This document shows, piece by piece, positions 9,301 through 17,147 of a stretch of DNA of 56,762 nt (positions are counted from its first letter, which is position 1; each line of letters opens with the position of its first letter). The stretch is from IMG/VR virus record IMGVR_UViG_3300042343_001623; one strand, 5' to 3'. Position numbers and translations under genes: made by a program. The stretch is from an uncultured virus (IMG/VR IMGVR_UViG_3300042343_001623). Its lineage: Duplodnaviria; Heunggongvirae; Uroviricota; Caudoviricetes. Below the pieces are notes generated by a model. That model worked only from the letters and a program-made list of their open reading frames with translations, was not told where the DNA came from and searched no databases.

Positions 9301-9549
9301 AGACTTCTCTTCGAACAAAACGACCAACAAGTTAGACAAGACTTCTTGGACGCAGTCAATCCAATCTTGGATGGTATAAGAAGGGACAGAGGTTTGACGG
9401 ACTTCAGAGTGACGGTTTCAAGTTCTCCTGAAGATATTGATAGAAACCAATTGACTGGTAAGATTTACATCAAACCAACAAGATCTTTGGAATTTATTGA
9501 CATCGAATTTGTAATCACACCAACAGGTGCATCATTCGAAAATATCTAA
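6367..9549 (+). CDS. Contractile tail sheath protein (gp18-like)
   Basis: N-terminal FVSPGVYTSERD; C-terminal YYPW, WFASAGYSRG, LY.GRINPI, WGNKTLQ..SALDRINVRRLL, IYIKPTRSLEFI.IEF. Confidence 0.96.
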   Translation: MATANSVFVSPGVYTSERDLSFVAQSVGVTTLGLVGETLQGPAFEPVFIRNFDEFQLYFGGTNPTKFVNTQIPKYEAAYIAKAYLQQSNQLFVTRILGLSGYDAGPSWSIKTISNPDVNTIGLSSDLGTFGFTFVGTTASTTSITITLSGGGASSYISSVTGNTVTFADGTSSTILDELEGFAFDVISDNTLSGDTAYVYGSLSAGTFNALTAAGFTELVNVFGCDNLNESSADLTAVSNDTWYYGLFELTNNTYSGLSFSSRISTLVTNGTGSYTGTCVGFVNSYTADTYSDSHDLIVGTFRSRGVSQYTDNTNPTYEVTGTTDVVMLDNLDGISQNPFNNFTVSGITKDSVTFSFQTSFQSSNTDFVGKVFGRSNFNKDRTEVPLFIEEEYSGLLATLYNQGKVRGLSTSLVSFDSAQSLDPNTIGWYCEQYQTPATPYVVSELRGDIVERLFRFISISDGNNANRQIKISLVNMSFANNNFDILVRDFYDTDENPVVLERFANCTMNVSSPSYIAQKVGTANGEYELKSKYIMLELVEGHPVDALPCGFEGYISRNYSTNISPFLVYKTQYYTPGQLVYTPPFNIPVLTAGGGASNVRSSGDKVRRTYLGISNVQGFDADFFSYKGKQLPDNIATDTTSADWNYLTQGFHMDVNASAITIPSTYVTSGQTAYQCGVATFQAEPTSSSSPYYKIFSRKFTILPAGGFDGWDIYREYRTNADAYQLGDTKYLLGAAATAQFPDASGWGAFKKITDGENTEWANTDYYAYLKGFQTFNNPASVNINVFVTPGIDYVNNLALVLDAIDIVEQDRADSIYITTTPDYEMFVSSTSNPDDFIYPTDAVVNLEDSDIDSNYTATYYPWILVKDSVNNTNLWIPPTSEVVRNLALTDNIAFPWFASAGYSRGLVNAVKARRKLTQEDRDILYQGRINPIATFSDVGPVIWGNKTLQVRESALDRINVRRLLLQARKLISAVAVRLLFEQNDQQVRQDFLDAVNPILDGIRRDRGLTDFRVTVSSSPEDIDRNQLTGKIYIKPTRSLEFIDIEFVITPTGASFENI

Positions 9550-9562
9550 ACAACTATTTAAT

Positions 9563-9593
9563 AAAAGGGGGAGAAAAGGTCTCCCCCTTTTTT
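9563..9593 (+). terminator. Rho-independent terminator after the sheath gene
   Basis: AAAAGGGGGAGA-aaagg-TCTCCCCCTTTT followed by TT. Confidence 0.8.
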
Positions 9594-9598
9594 AAAAA

Positions 9599-10462
9599 AT
9601 GAAACTACTACGAAAAATAATATCAGAATATGTAGAGGAAAAAGTCCTCTCTGAAGGTTTTGATGAAGACTTGACCCCTGATTCAAAGTATTACGCTTTT
9701 GATTGGGACGACAATATTGTTTATATGCCGACCAAAATATTGGTTTTATCTGATGACAATAGAGAGGTAGGTATGGGTAGTGAAGATTTTGCAAAATACC
9801 GTGAACAAATCGGAAAAGAACCCTTTATTTATCACGGACTCACTATTGTTGGTTTTGCAAAAGATCCTTTTAGACATTTCTCAGTTGCTGGTGATAAACA
9901 ATTTGTAATTGATGCACTTACCGCACCTCCCGGTCCGTCGTGGAACGACTTTGTAGAGTGTTTAAATGGAGGATCTATATTTGCAATTATTACAGCAAGA
10001 GGTCACTCACCAAAAGCGATCCGAGAAGCTTGTAAAAATTATCTTCTGATGAACTACAATGGTTTGAATGGAAATGTTTGTTACGAAAATTTAAAAAAAT
10101 ATCGTGAATTAACAGGTGAAGTTACAAACTCTTCAAAAACCCAAATGATAGACGAATACCTTAATTTGTGTAAATTTTATCCAGTGACATATGGAGAGGG
10201 AAGTGCTCAAAATCCGGAACAAGGTAAAATAAATGCATTAAGAGAATTCATAGGATATGTAAAAGAAATGTCTGCAAAATTAAACAACAGAGCATTTTTC
10301 AAGAATGATGTAAAGAATTTTTTTGTACCCCAAATAGGATTTTCTGATGACGATCTTAGAAATATAGAAAAAATCAAAGGATTTCTAGAAAAAGAATATC
10401 CAGAAGAGAGTCCAGTAAAAGTTTTTGCAACACATGGAGGACAAAAAAAAGAAATAAAATAG
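9599..10462 (+). CDS. HAD-superfamily phosphatase-like protein
   Basis: YAFDWDDN (DxD motif I), IITARGH (motif II), GFSDDD..N (motif IV). Confidence 0.7.
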   Translation: MKLLRKIISEYVEEKVLSEGFDEDLTPDSKYYAFDWDDNIVYMPTKILVLSDDNREVGMGSEDFAKYREQIGKEPFIYHGLTIVGFAKDPFRHFSVAGDKQFVIDALTAPPGPSWNDFVECLNGGSIFAIITARGHSPKAIREACKNYLLMNYNGLNGNVCYENLKKYRELTGEVTNSSKTQMIDEYLNLCKFYPVTYGEGSAQNPEQGKINALREFIGYVKEMSAKLNNRAFFKNDVKNFFVPQIGFSDDDLRNIEKIKGFLEKEYPEESPVKVFATHGGQKKEIK

Positions 10463-10551
10463 AAATTATAATATTTATAATTAAAATAAACAACCTAGTG
10501 AACTAACTAGATAAAGAAATAAAATAAACTGAATAAAAGTAAATAGAAAAT

Positions 10552-11040
10552 ATGGCAGACTTACTAATGAAAATGCCGGTTCCTTATGAACCCAAAAGAA
10601 AAAATAGATTTATCCTCAGATTTCCTTCATCTTTGGGTATAAATGAGTGGTTTGTTGAGTCAACCTCAAGACCAAAAATAACTATCAATTCCGTTGCTAT
10701 TCCGTTTTTGAATACTGAAACGTATGTTGCCGGTAAATTCAATTGGGACACTATTAACGTCACCTTTAGAGACCCGATTGGACCGTCAGCAGCTCAAGCA
10801 CTGATGGAGTGGGTTAGATTACATGCGGAGTCCGTTACAGGTCGTATGGGTTATGCTGCGGGTTACAAAAAGGATATTGACCTTGAACTCTTAGACCCAA
10901 CCGGTGTTGTGGTTGAAAAGTGGATCCTACAAGGTACGTTCCTTACTGATGTTAACTTTGATTCATTGGGGTATGGCGAAGACGGTCTTGCTACTATTAC
11001 CGCAACACTTCGTCCTGATAGATGTATCCTTGTTTATTAA
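10552..11040 (+). CDS. Tail tube protein (gp19-like)
   Basis: EPKRKNRF, YVAGKFNW..I.VTF.DPI, LLDPTG.VVEKW.L.G.F...VNF..L; 162 aa, downstream of the sheath gene. Confidence 0.9.
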   Translation: MADLLMKMPVPYEPKRKNRFILRFPSSLGINEWFVESTSRPKITINSVAIPFLNTETYVAGKFNWDTINVTFRDPIGPSAAQALMEWVRLHAESVTGRMGYAAGYKKDIDLELLDPTGVVVEKWILQGTFLTDVNFDSLGYGEDGLATITATLRPDRCILVY

Positions 11041-11096
11041 GTTTATAATTATATATTTGTAAGAGATATTGACTTTATTATATTTCAGTTTATTTT

Positions 11097-11125
11097 AACC
11101 TCGGAGCCAATCTCCGAGGTTTTTT
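11097..11125 (+). terminator. Rho-independent terminator after the tube gene
   Basis: AACCTCGGAG-ccaat-CTCCGAGGTT followed by a T tract. Confidence 0.8.
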
Positions 11126-11128
11126 ATT

Positions 11129-11884
11129 ATGGACACTTCAAAAATTTACGGACAAGAAAATTTCAACTTACCACACGATGTGGTTCCATTACCTTCACAA
11201 GGTAAATTTTATGATTCAGGGAAAAAATCACTAAAGGTCGGTTACCTTACGGCAGCAGATGAAAACCTATTAATGAGTCAAAACCTCAAGGATGTCAACA
11301 ACATGATCATAACTCTACTGAGGAGTAAAATATATGAACCTGACATTCAACCAGAACAACTTTTGGAAGGAGACGCTGAGGCAATTTTAGTTTTTTTGAG
11401 AAACACTGCGTTTGGATCACAATACAAAATTAAAACAACGGACCCGAAAACAAATGAAATGTTTGAGACCGACATAAATTTGGATGAACTAAACTTCAAA
11501 AAGTTAGAAAAAGAACCTGATCAAAGTGGACATTTTACAATCAAACTCCCAAAATCAGGAAATGAAGTCAAAGTAAAATTACTAACTCTTGGAGATCAAT
11601 TTGCTTTGAGAAAACTAAGAGACTCATATCCTTCGGGAATGGTGGTTCCAATAATCACAAAACGTTTGGAGATGAATATTGTCTCTATAGACGGAAATGA
11701 AGACAGAAGTGATATATCAAGATTTATAAATATACTTCCAATAGCCGATTCGAAATTTTTGAGAACTGAACTAGAAGGATTGGAACCTAGACTTGACCTA
11801 AAACAAAGAATTATAGCCCCGTCAGGAGAAGAGGTACAGGTCAATGTATCCTTTGGGGCTGAATTTTTTCGCCCTTTCTTCTGA
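11129..11884 (+). CDS. Tail/baseplate hub assembly chaperone (T4 gp26-like)
   Basis: LPSQGKFY, LTAADENLL, L..GD..AILVFLR...FG..Y, LP.SG..V..KLLT.GD, C-terminal FFRP; follows the tube gene. Confidence 0.7.
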   Translation: MDTSKIYGQENFNLPHDVVPLPSQGKFYDSGKKSLKVGYLTAADENLLMSQNLKDVNNMIITLLRSKIYEPDIQPEQLLEGDAEAILVFLRNTAFGSQYKIKTTDPKTNEMFETDINLDELNFKKLEKEPDQSGHFTIKLPKSGNEVKVKLLTLGDQFALRKLRDSYPSGMVVPIITKRLEMNIVSIDGNEDRSDISRFINILPIADSKFLRTELEGLEPRLDLKQRIIAPSGEEVQVNVSFGAEFFRPFF

Positions 11885-12041
11885 TTACAAGCAAATACAA
11901 CTCAAAGAGTTCTATTACTTGGTGAGAAATACGTCTATGACTTACCAAGACTTACAAATGATGCCGGTTTACGAAAGAAAATTCATGATAAAAGAACTTT
12001 CCGATGAATTTCAAAGAATAAATGAAAAAAGGAAAGGATGA
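11844..12041 (+). CDS. Small tail assembly protein (gp51-like); possibly a +1 frameshift extension of 11129..11884
   Basis: EFYYLV....MTY.D...MPVYERKF.I..L pattern; overlaps the upstream gene by 41 nt in the +1 frame; start uncertain. Confidence 0.6.
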   Translation: MYPLGLNFFALSSDYKQIQLKEFYYLVRNTSMTYQDLQMMPVYERKFMIKELSDEFQRINEKRKG

Positions 12042-12081
12042 TCAGAAATTTCAAATTCATCTATTTATAAAATAAAAATAG

Positions 12082-15000
12082 ATGCCATATAGTCCATTAA
12101 GTTTTGATAATAGTATTTCTGAATTTTTCAGAACAAATAATATTATCAGAAATCTTCCACCCTACACCGTAGAAGGTAGTTTCTCTACCCAAGTTTCAGG
12201 GGAAAATGGTATATTTCCAATAAAACTTAGGAACATGGCGGTCCAAGATTCAGCCGAATTGATAGAGATATATCCTGAATATTTAGAAAAACAATACCTT
12301 TTGAATTTTTTTGGGCCCCAAGATGGATTTGGGGTTCCGATCTCCATACAAGACATTCAAAATATAGTTACAAATAGAGACACCTACTACACATTTGTAG
12401 CTTCGTTTTACCCACTACAAAACATTGTATTCCAAATCAACCCTGTTGGTTCGGAAGCGTCATTAAGTAACGACTCAAAACTTGCGCAGATCTCTGCTGA
12501 TTTGTTGAAACAACAGTTTCAATATAGAATTGGTCAAGAAATTAGAGAAGAAACTTTTGGACGAATCAATTTATTGGACGCATTATCGGATCCTTACGAA
12601 GCAACTGCGTTATTAACGGGGAACCGAACTTTGATAGAAAGAAATTGGCAGATTTCACAACCTGACAATTTGGTGGGTAAAGGATTAGATTTAGTTTCAA
12701 GGATCACAGGTGTGTATAGTCCATATTCTTGGATTCCCGGAGATTACTTTGACGATTCGGCACCAGTCACGGCAAACGAACAAACAACTGTAGGTGGGAG
12801 AATTGTAAACGACTTAAGACAAGCGATTTCATCTGTTATAGGAATTGGTAGACCCGAATTAGACCCTTCATATAACTTTTTACAAAACACAGGTGGAGGT
12901 CAAAAATCTGTTTTATTCAATAATCTTGAATTTAACAAGTATAGACCCGAATACAGAAGTTCTCAAGTACAAGCTGCTCAGACCTTACTTGGACAGGGGA
13001 TACAATCAATAGCCGAATTAGGTAGAGCACTGGGTGGAACACAACCACCCGCGGGACAATACTATCTTGGAACACAACAAACACCGATCCCTAATTTAGT
13101 CGCACCACCAAATGAACAACCATCGGGTATGGATGGTGTTCCTGTTTATGGTTATACCATTTTGGGAAAAACATATGAAGGGGAAGGGTTAGACGGTACT
13201 TTCAGATTCGGATTTGCCGGTAGATCATTCTATAATCAAGGAGATATTCAAGGAGGTTTTTCATGGGCGGGTGCGGAAACAACACCTATTGGTGCTTTTG
13301 TAGGCCCTAATGGCACAACCTTTGGTGGAAATGCGTCTTCGACATTCGGAGGGACGGTTTCTGACGGATTTGCATTTACAAAAGATTCAATATTAGATAA
13401 AACACAACAATTAGTTTTATCAAACCCAGGTGGTGGAAAAGCCTTTGAAAGTGTTGGTAATGCAATAAACCAAGTATCCAAAATATTCAATGATGGCTAC
13501 AAAGAGATAACTAAAGGTTCTAAAGTAATCAAATATGTCAATGAAAATGGTATTGAAAAAGGGGCTGAATATTGTAGGATATTCACCAAAGATCAACCAT
13601 TCACAACGATGAGTAGATTACAGAAAAAAACACGTAACATCCGCGGGTTTACCTACTCCAACTTAGATTCGCCATATAATCTTAATATTACACCAACCAA
13701 AGGTGAAGATTCGACCAATTTAACAAACGAAGGGGTAAAAAAATACATGTTTTCCCTTGAAAACTTGGCTTGGAAACCATCGAACAAACAAGGATATACT
13801 GTTCAGGATTTACCTTTATGTGAGAGGGGACCTAACGGTGGAAGAATAATGTGGTTTCCACCCTACGAACTCACTTTTGCCGAGACTTTGTCGAGTCAAT
13901 GGAACAAAACTGAATTTATAGGAAGACCTGAACCTGTTTATACTTACGGAAACGCAACAAGAGGGGGGACCTTGGCGTTCAAAATTATCGTGGATCATCC
14001 TTCAGTTTTGAACCTTATTGTTGACAAAGTTATGAAAGGTCAAACCACGGAAGAAACAAACTCGATTTTGGAATCCTTTTTTTCTGGGTGTAAAGAATAT
14101 GATCTATACGAATTGGCTGCTTTATATAATACTATTCCTTTAACTGAGTTACAACAAATACAAGAAATACTTAACGTAACGACAAATACGACAACAGTTG
14201 AGGGAGTGATCACTCAGCTTTCAACCGAACAACCCATTACTGAAACAAACACAGAACCGCAAGGACCATCTAAAACAGATGATGTTGCGGTGACAGTAAA
14301 TCCCATAGTATTACCCCCCGTCAATACCGAAATCCTTTGTTATTTCAGAAATAAATATCCCCTACCAAACCAAACCGTTCAGTCATTTCAAGTATACTGG
14401 GATCAATATAAAAACATGAAAAACACCTATGTGGGTTGTGCGGCAAGTGACCAAAAAGAATCCGTGGGTAATTTTTTCCAAATTGTTATTAATGAAAATA
14501 TCAACGATTTGAATGGATTGTGTGATGAAATAGAAGAATTGTGTAATCAAAAATATAAAGTTACACTCAATTTAGTAGGAAATACGTCAAGTATTGCTTC
14601 AGATGAGTACAATCTATCATTATCACAAAGAAGAATCGATTCAATAAAAAAATATATACTAGATTACAAGGGGGGTACTTTGGGAAAATTTGGATTGAAT
14701 GATCTTTTGATTATTAAAGAAGACCCTCAAGGTGAAACAAATGCAACCTCCGCGGAAGACGGTCCTTTGAATCAAACTGTGTGTTCGTTACTTGCAATTC
14801 AAAACCGTAATGTACGAGTATTACTTGATGCACAACCGCCGGACCCAGTTCCGGCACCGGATGACGCAATAGAAGAAACTGCATCACCACAAAATGACAT
14901 AAATACGGATCCGAAAGACTTAATAAATGGGATTACCCCACCCTTGGGTCAAAAGACGGTTACGACCACAAGTGAAACCATAAGAAGGGAAATTAGTGCT

Positions 15001-16830
15001 TTACCAGGTTTATCGAAAAAAGTTTTGAGAAATTTACTTACAGAATGTTCATATTTTGAAATGTTGAAAGAGGATTCACCTGTTATTTATGATTCTTTGA
15101 AAGAAAAACTTAAATATTTTCATCCAGCCTTTCACGCAATAACACCAGAAGGATTAAATTCGAGATTGACCTTCTTGAATCAATGTACAAGACCGGGATC
15201 TACAATACCTATAATTAATGATAGGGGTCAGGAGGTGATAAATGATTCGGAAAACACATCGTTTGGTGCTCCTCCGATATGCGTTTTGAGAGTCGGTGAT
15301 TTTTATAATACGAAAATTGCAATCAACTCAATAAGTTTATCCTATGAAGGATTAGATATTAATCCTGAAGGAATAGGTATTCAACCCATGATTGCCGCAG
15401 TTCAAATTGCTTTTGACTTTATAGGAGGATCAGGACTCAAAGAACCGATTAATCGACTTCAAAACGCCTTGTCGTTCAACTACTATGCGAATACAGAGAT
15501 GTATGATGAGAGAGCTGAAGCAAGTGAGGATACGAGTGTAATTGATAATAACTTGTATAAACAAATTCAAGATAATCAAAGAGTAAAAACTCAGGGAGAC
15601 TTATCACAACAGAATAATGGTGGAACCTATATTGGTACAGTTGTTGCAACCGAAGTAAATGGAACTGGATTTACGGGTACTTTGAGTTATGAAAAAATTA
15701 TGAACGAAACTAAAAATGGGGTAAAGAGCTATGCTTTTGCACTAACAAATAACCTCAAATCAATTTCGTCTGACAAAGGGTGGGGATTTATGTATGAAAT
15801 AAATAATTTAAAAAGAAACTATCAAAACGGTAATTTTTATACCGGATCAACAACAATTTATGGAAGTCCTCAGAATATACAGGGTAAAGTTGATGAAATA
15901 TTTACAACCGCTCAGGGTTATTTTGAAAATGACGAAGGTTATCTCATGAGTGGTATTGCTCAGGAACCACTTAAAAACAAAACAATAAGGACTGTAAGGA
16001 AGAATTTAATTGAATATATTACGCAGAAAAAAAACACAGTAAGTTCTGATGTTATGTTAAAAATTAGTGAAATTAACACTAATCAGGTCAACCTAATAAC
16101 AAACATAAATAAAATCAACTACGTAACAACTCAAAAATCTGATGGATTTTTTGACAATAAAGGTAACTCTACGATTGCTGACGTGGCATTACCAACCACC
16201 GACAGCTCATCTCCCTTCCTCGAAATTTTCACATTAATTGAATACATCGATTATATTATAAACATCCTCGATGAATACTACGTCTTTGATCCTACACAAT
16301 ACATATCCAATGACGGTCAGTACTATTATGAATATTTAACACTTTATAAAGAAATAGTTAGTGAAGTAAATAGATTGGACGTGAACAGAGAAGCGGAAAT
16401 TGACACATTGTTAGATACGATTGGCACGCCGGTCAGTGGTCCAGGTATTGTTACTCAACAAACGGTTAGTTCTATATCACAAGCCACAGTATCACAACCT
16501 GGATTTATAGATTTTTTGTTGAAAAATGTAGATGACGATGAAAAGTCAAAAACAAGAGAATACTTGAAGAAAATTATTAAAAAAATGTACACTGATCACG
16601 GATATGAAAAAGATAAGAAAGAAACCGAAACACAATTTAATAAAATCACCACAGAGATTAATAGTGAATTCGAAGTTTTCGAGCCATTCCAAAACTCAAC
16701 AGGATTCGCATTTGGTATAGTTCAAAATATTAGTCCAAACACCACACAAATTGATGAATTAAAGAATTTATACGACGGGGTAAATACAGGACCAAATGAC
16801 TCGTTTAACGGAAAAGAAAACTTTGTATAA
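12082..16830 (+). CDS. Large baseplate/tube-initiator-like protein with an embedded OmpA-like domain
   Basis: WFPPYELTF.E.....W....FIGRPEPVYTY..ATR.G.L.F and FGAPPICVLRVGDFYN....I.S.SLSY (tube-initiator-like); LVGNTS..ASDEYNLSLSQRR..SIKKY...GE...NR.V (OmpA_C-like). Confidence 0.55.
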   Translation: MPYSPLSFDNSISEFFRTNNIIRNLPPYTVEGSFSTQVSGENGIFPIKLRNMAVQDSAELIEIYPEYLEKQYLLNFFGPQDGFGVPISIQDIQNIVTNRDTYYTFVASFYPLQNIVFQINPVGSEASLSNDSKLAQISADLLKQQFQYRIGQEIREETFGRINLLDALSDPYEATALLTGNRTLIERNWQISQPDNLVGKGLDLVSRITGVYSPYSWIPGDYFDDSAPVTANEQTTVGGRIVNDLRQAISSVIGIGRPELDPSYNFLQNTGGGQKSVLFNNLEFNKYRPEYRSSQVQAAQTLLGQGIQSIAELGRALGGTQPPAGQYYLGTQQTPIPNLVAPPNEQPSGMDGVPVYGYTILGKTYEGEGLDGTFRFGFAGRSFYNQGDIQGGFSWAGAETTPIGAFVGPNGTTFGGNASSTFGGTVSDGFAFTKDSILDKTQQLVLSNPGGGKAFESVGNAINQVSKIFNDGYKEITKGSKVIKYVNENGIEKGAEYCRIFTKDQPFTTMSRLQKKTRNIRGFTYSNLDSPYNLNITPTKGEDSTNLTNEGVKKYMFSLENLAWKPSNKQGYTVQDLPLCERGPNGGRIMWFPPYELTFAETLSSQWNKTEFIGRPEPVYTYGNATRGGTLAFKIIVDHPSVLNLIVDKVMKGQTTEETNSILESFFSGCKEYDLYELAALYNTIPLTELQQIQEILNVTTNTTTVEGVITQLSTEQPITETNTEPQGPSKTDDVAVTVNPIVLPPVNTEILCYFRNKYPLPNQTVQSFQVYWDQYKNMKNTYVGCAASDQKESVGNFFQIVINENINDLNGLCDEIEELCNQKYKVTLNLVGNTSSIASDEYNLSLSQRRIDSIKKYILDYKGGTLGKFGLNDLLIIKEDPQGETNATSAEDGPLNQTVCSLLAIQNRNVRVLLDAQPPDPVPAPDDAIEETASPQNDINTDPKDLINGITPPLGQKTVTTTSETIRREISALPGLSKKVLRNLLTECSYFEMLKEDSPVIYDSLKEKLKYFHPAFHAITPEGLNSRLTFLNQCTRPGSTIPIINDRGQEVINDSENTSFGAPPICVLRVGDFYNTKIAINSISLSYEGLDINPEGIGIQPMIAAVQIAFDFIGGSGLKEPINRLQNALSFNYYANTEMYDERAEASEDTSVIDNNLYKQIQDNQRVKTQGDLSQQNNGGTYIGTVVATEVNGTGFTGTLSYEKIMNETKNGVKSYAFALTNNLKSISSDKGWGFMYEINNLKRNYQNGNFYTGSTTIYGSPQNIQGKVDEIFTTAQGYFENDEGYLMSGIAQEPLKNKTIRTVRKNLIEYITQKKNTVSSDVMLKISEINTNQVNLITNINKINYVTTQKSDGFFDNKGNSTIADVALPTTDSSSPFLEIFTLIEYIDYIINILDEYYVFDPTQYISNDGQYYYEYLTLYKEIVSEVNRLDVNREAEIDTLLDTIGTPVSGPGIVTQQTVSSISQATVSQPGFIDFLLKNVDDDEKSKTREYLKKIIKKMYTDHGYEKDKKETETQFNKITTEINSEFEVFEPFQNSTGFAFGIVQNISPNTTQIDELKNLYDGVNTGPNDSFNGKENFV

Positions 16831-17147
16831 TGGAATATTACAATAGATACACCAAATTTATATTGAACGGACAACAATCTGTTGTACCCTTCGTTGAATT
16901 GCCTTCAAAATCCACAGATAAAAAGTATATTTACAAGGTGGGACAATCAAGATTGGATAAAATAAGTCAACAATTTTATAACACACCTTATTTTGGATGG
17001 TTGATTTTGCAAGCCAATCCCCAATATGGTGGAACGGAATGGTCAATTCCTGACAACGCAGTTATTATTGTTCCATTTCCTCTGTTACAATCATTACAAG
17101 ATTATAAATCAGCTTTAGAGACACATTTCTTGTATTATGGCAGGTAA
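16830..17147 (+). CDS. LysM-like baseplate wedge protein (gp53/gpX-like)
   Basis: YKVGQSRLDKISQQFY..P..GWLILQANP....IP....I.VP. Confidence 0.75.
   Translation: MEYYNRYTKFILNGQQSVVPFVELPSKSTDKKYIYKVGQSRLDKISQQFYNTPYFGWLILQANPQYGGTEWSIPDNAVIIVPFPLLQSLQDYKSALETHFLYYGR

Noticed and set aside
10463..10551. Structured ncRNA in the gap before the tube gene
   Set aside because: Mostly A-rich and unstructured, with only a weak CTAGT/ACTAG inverted repeat; better explained as a promoter plus translation leader
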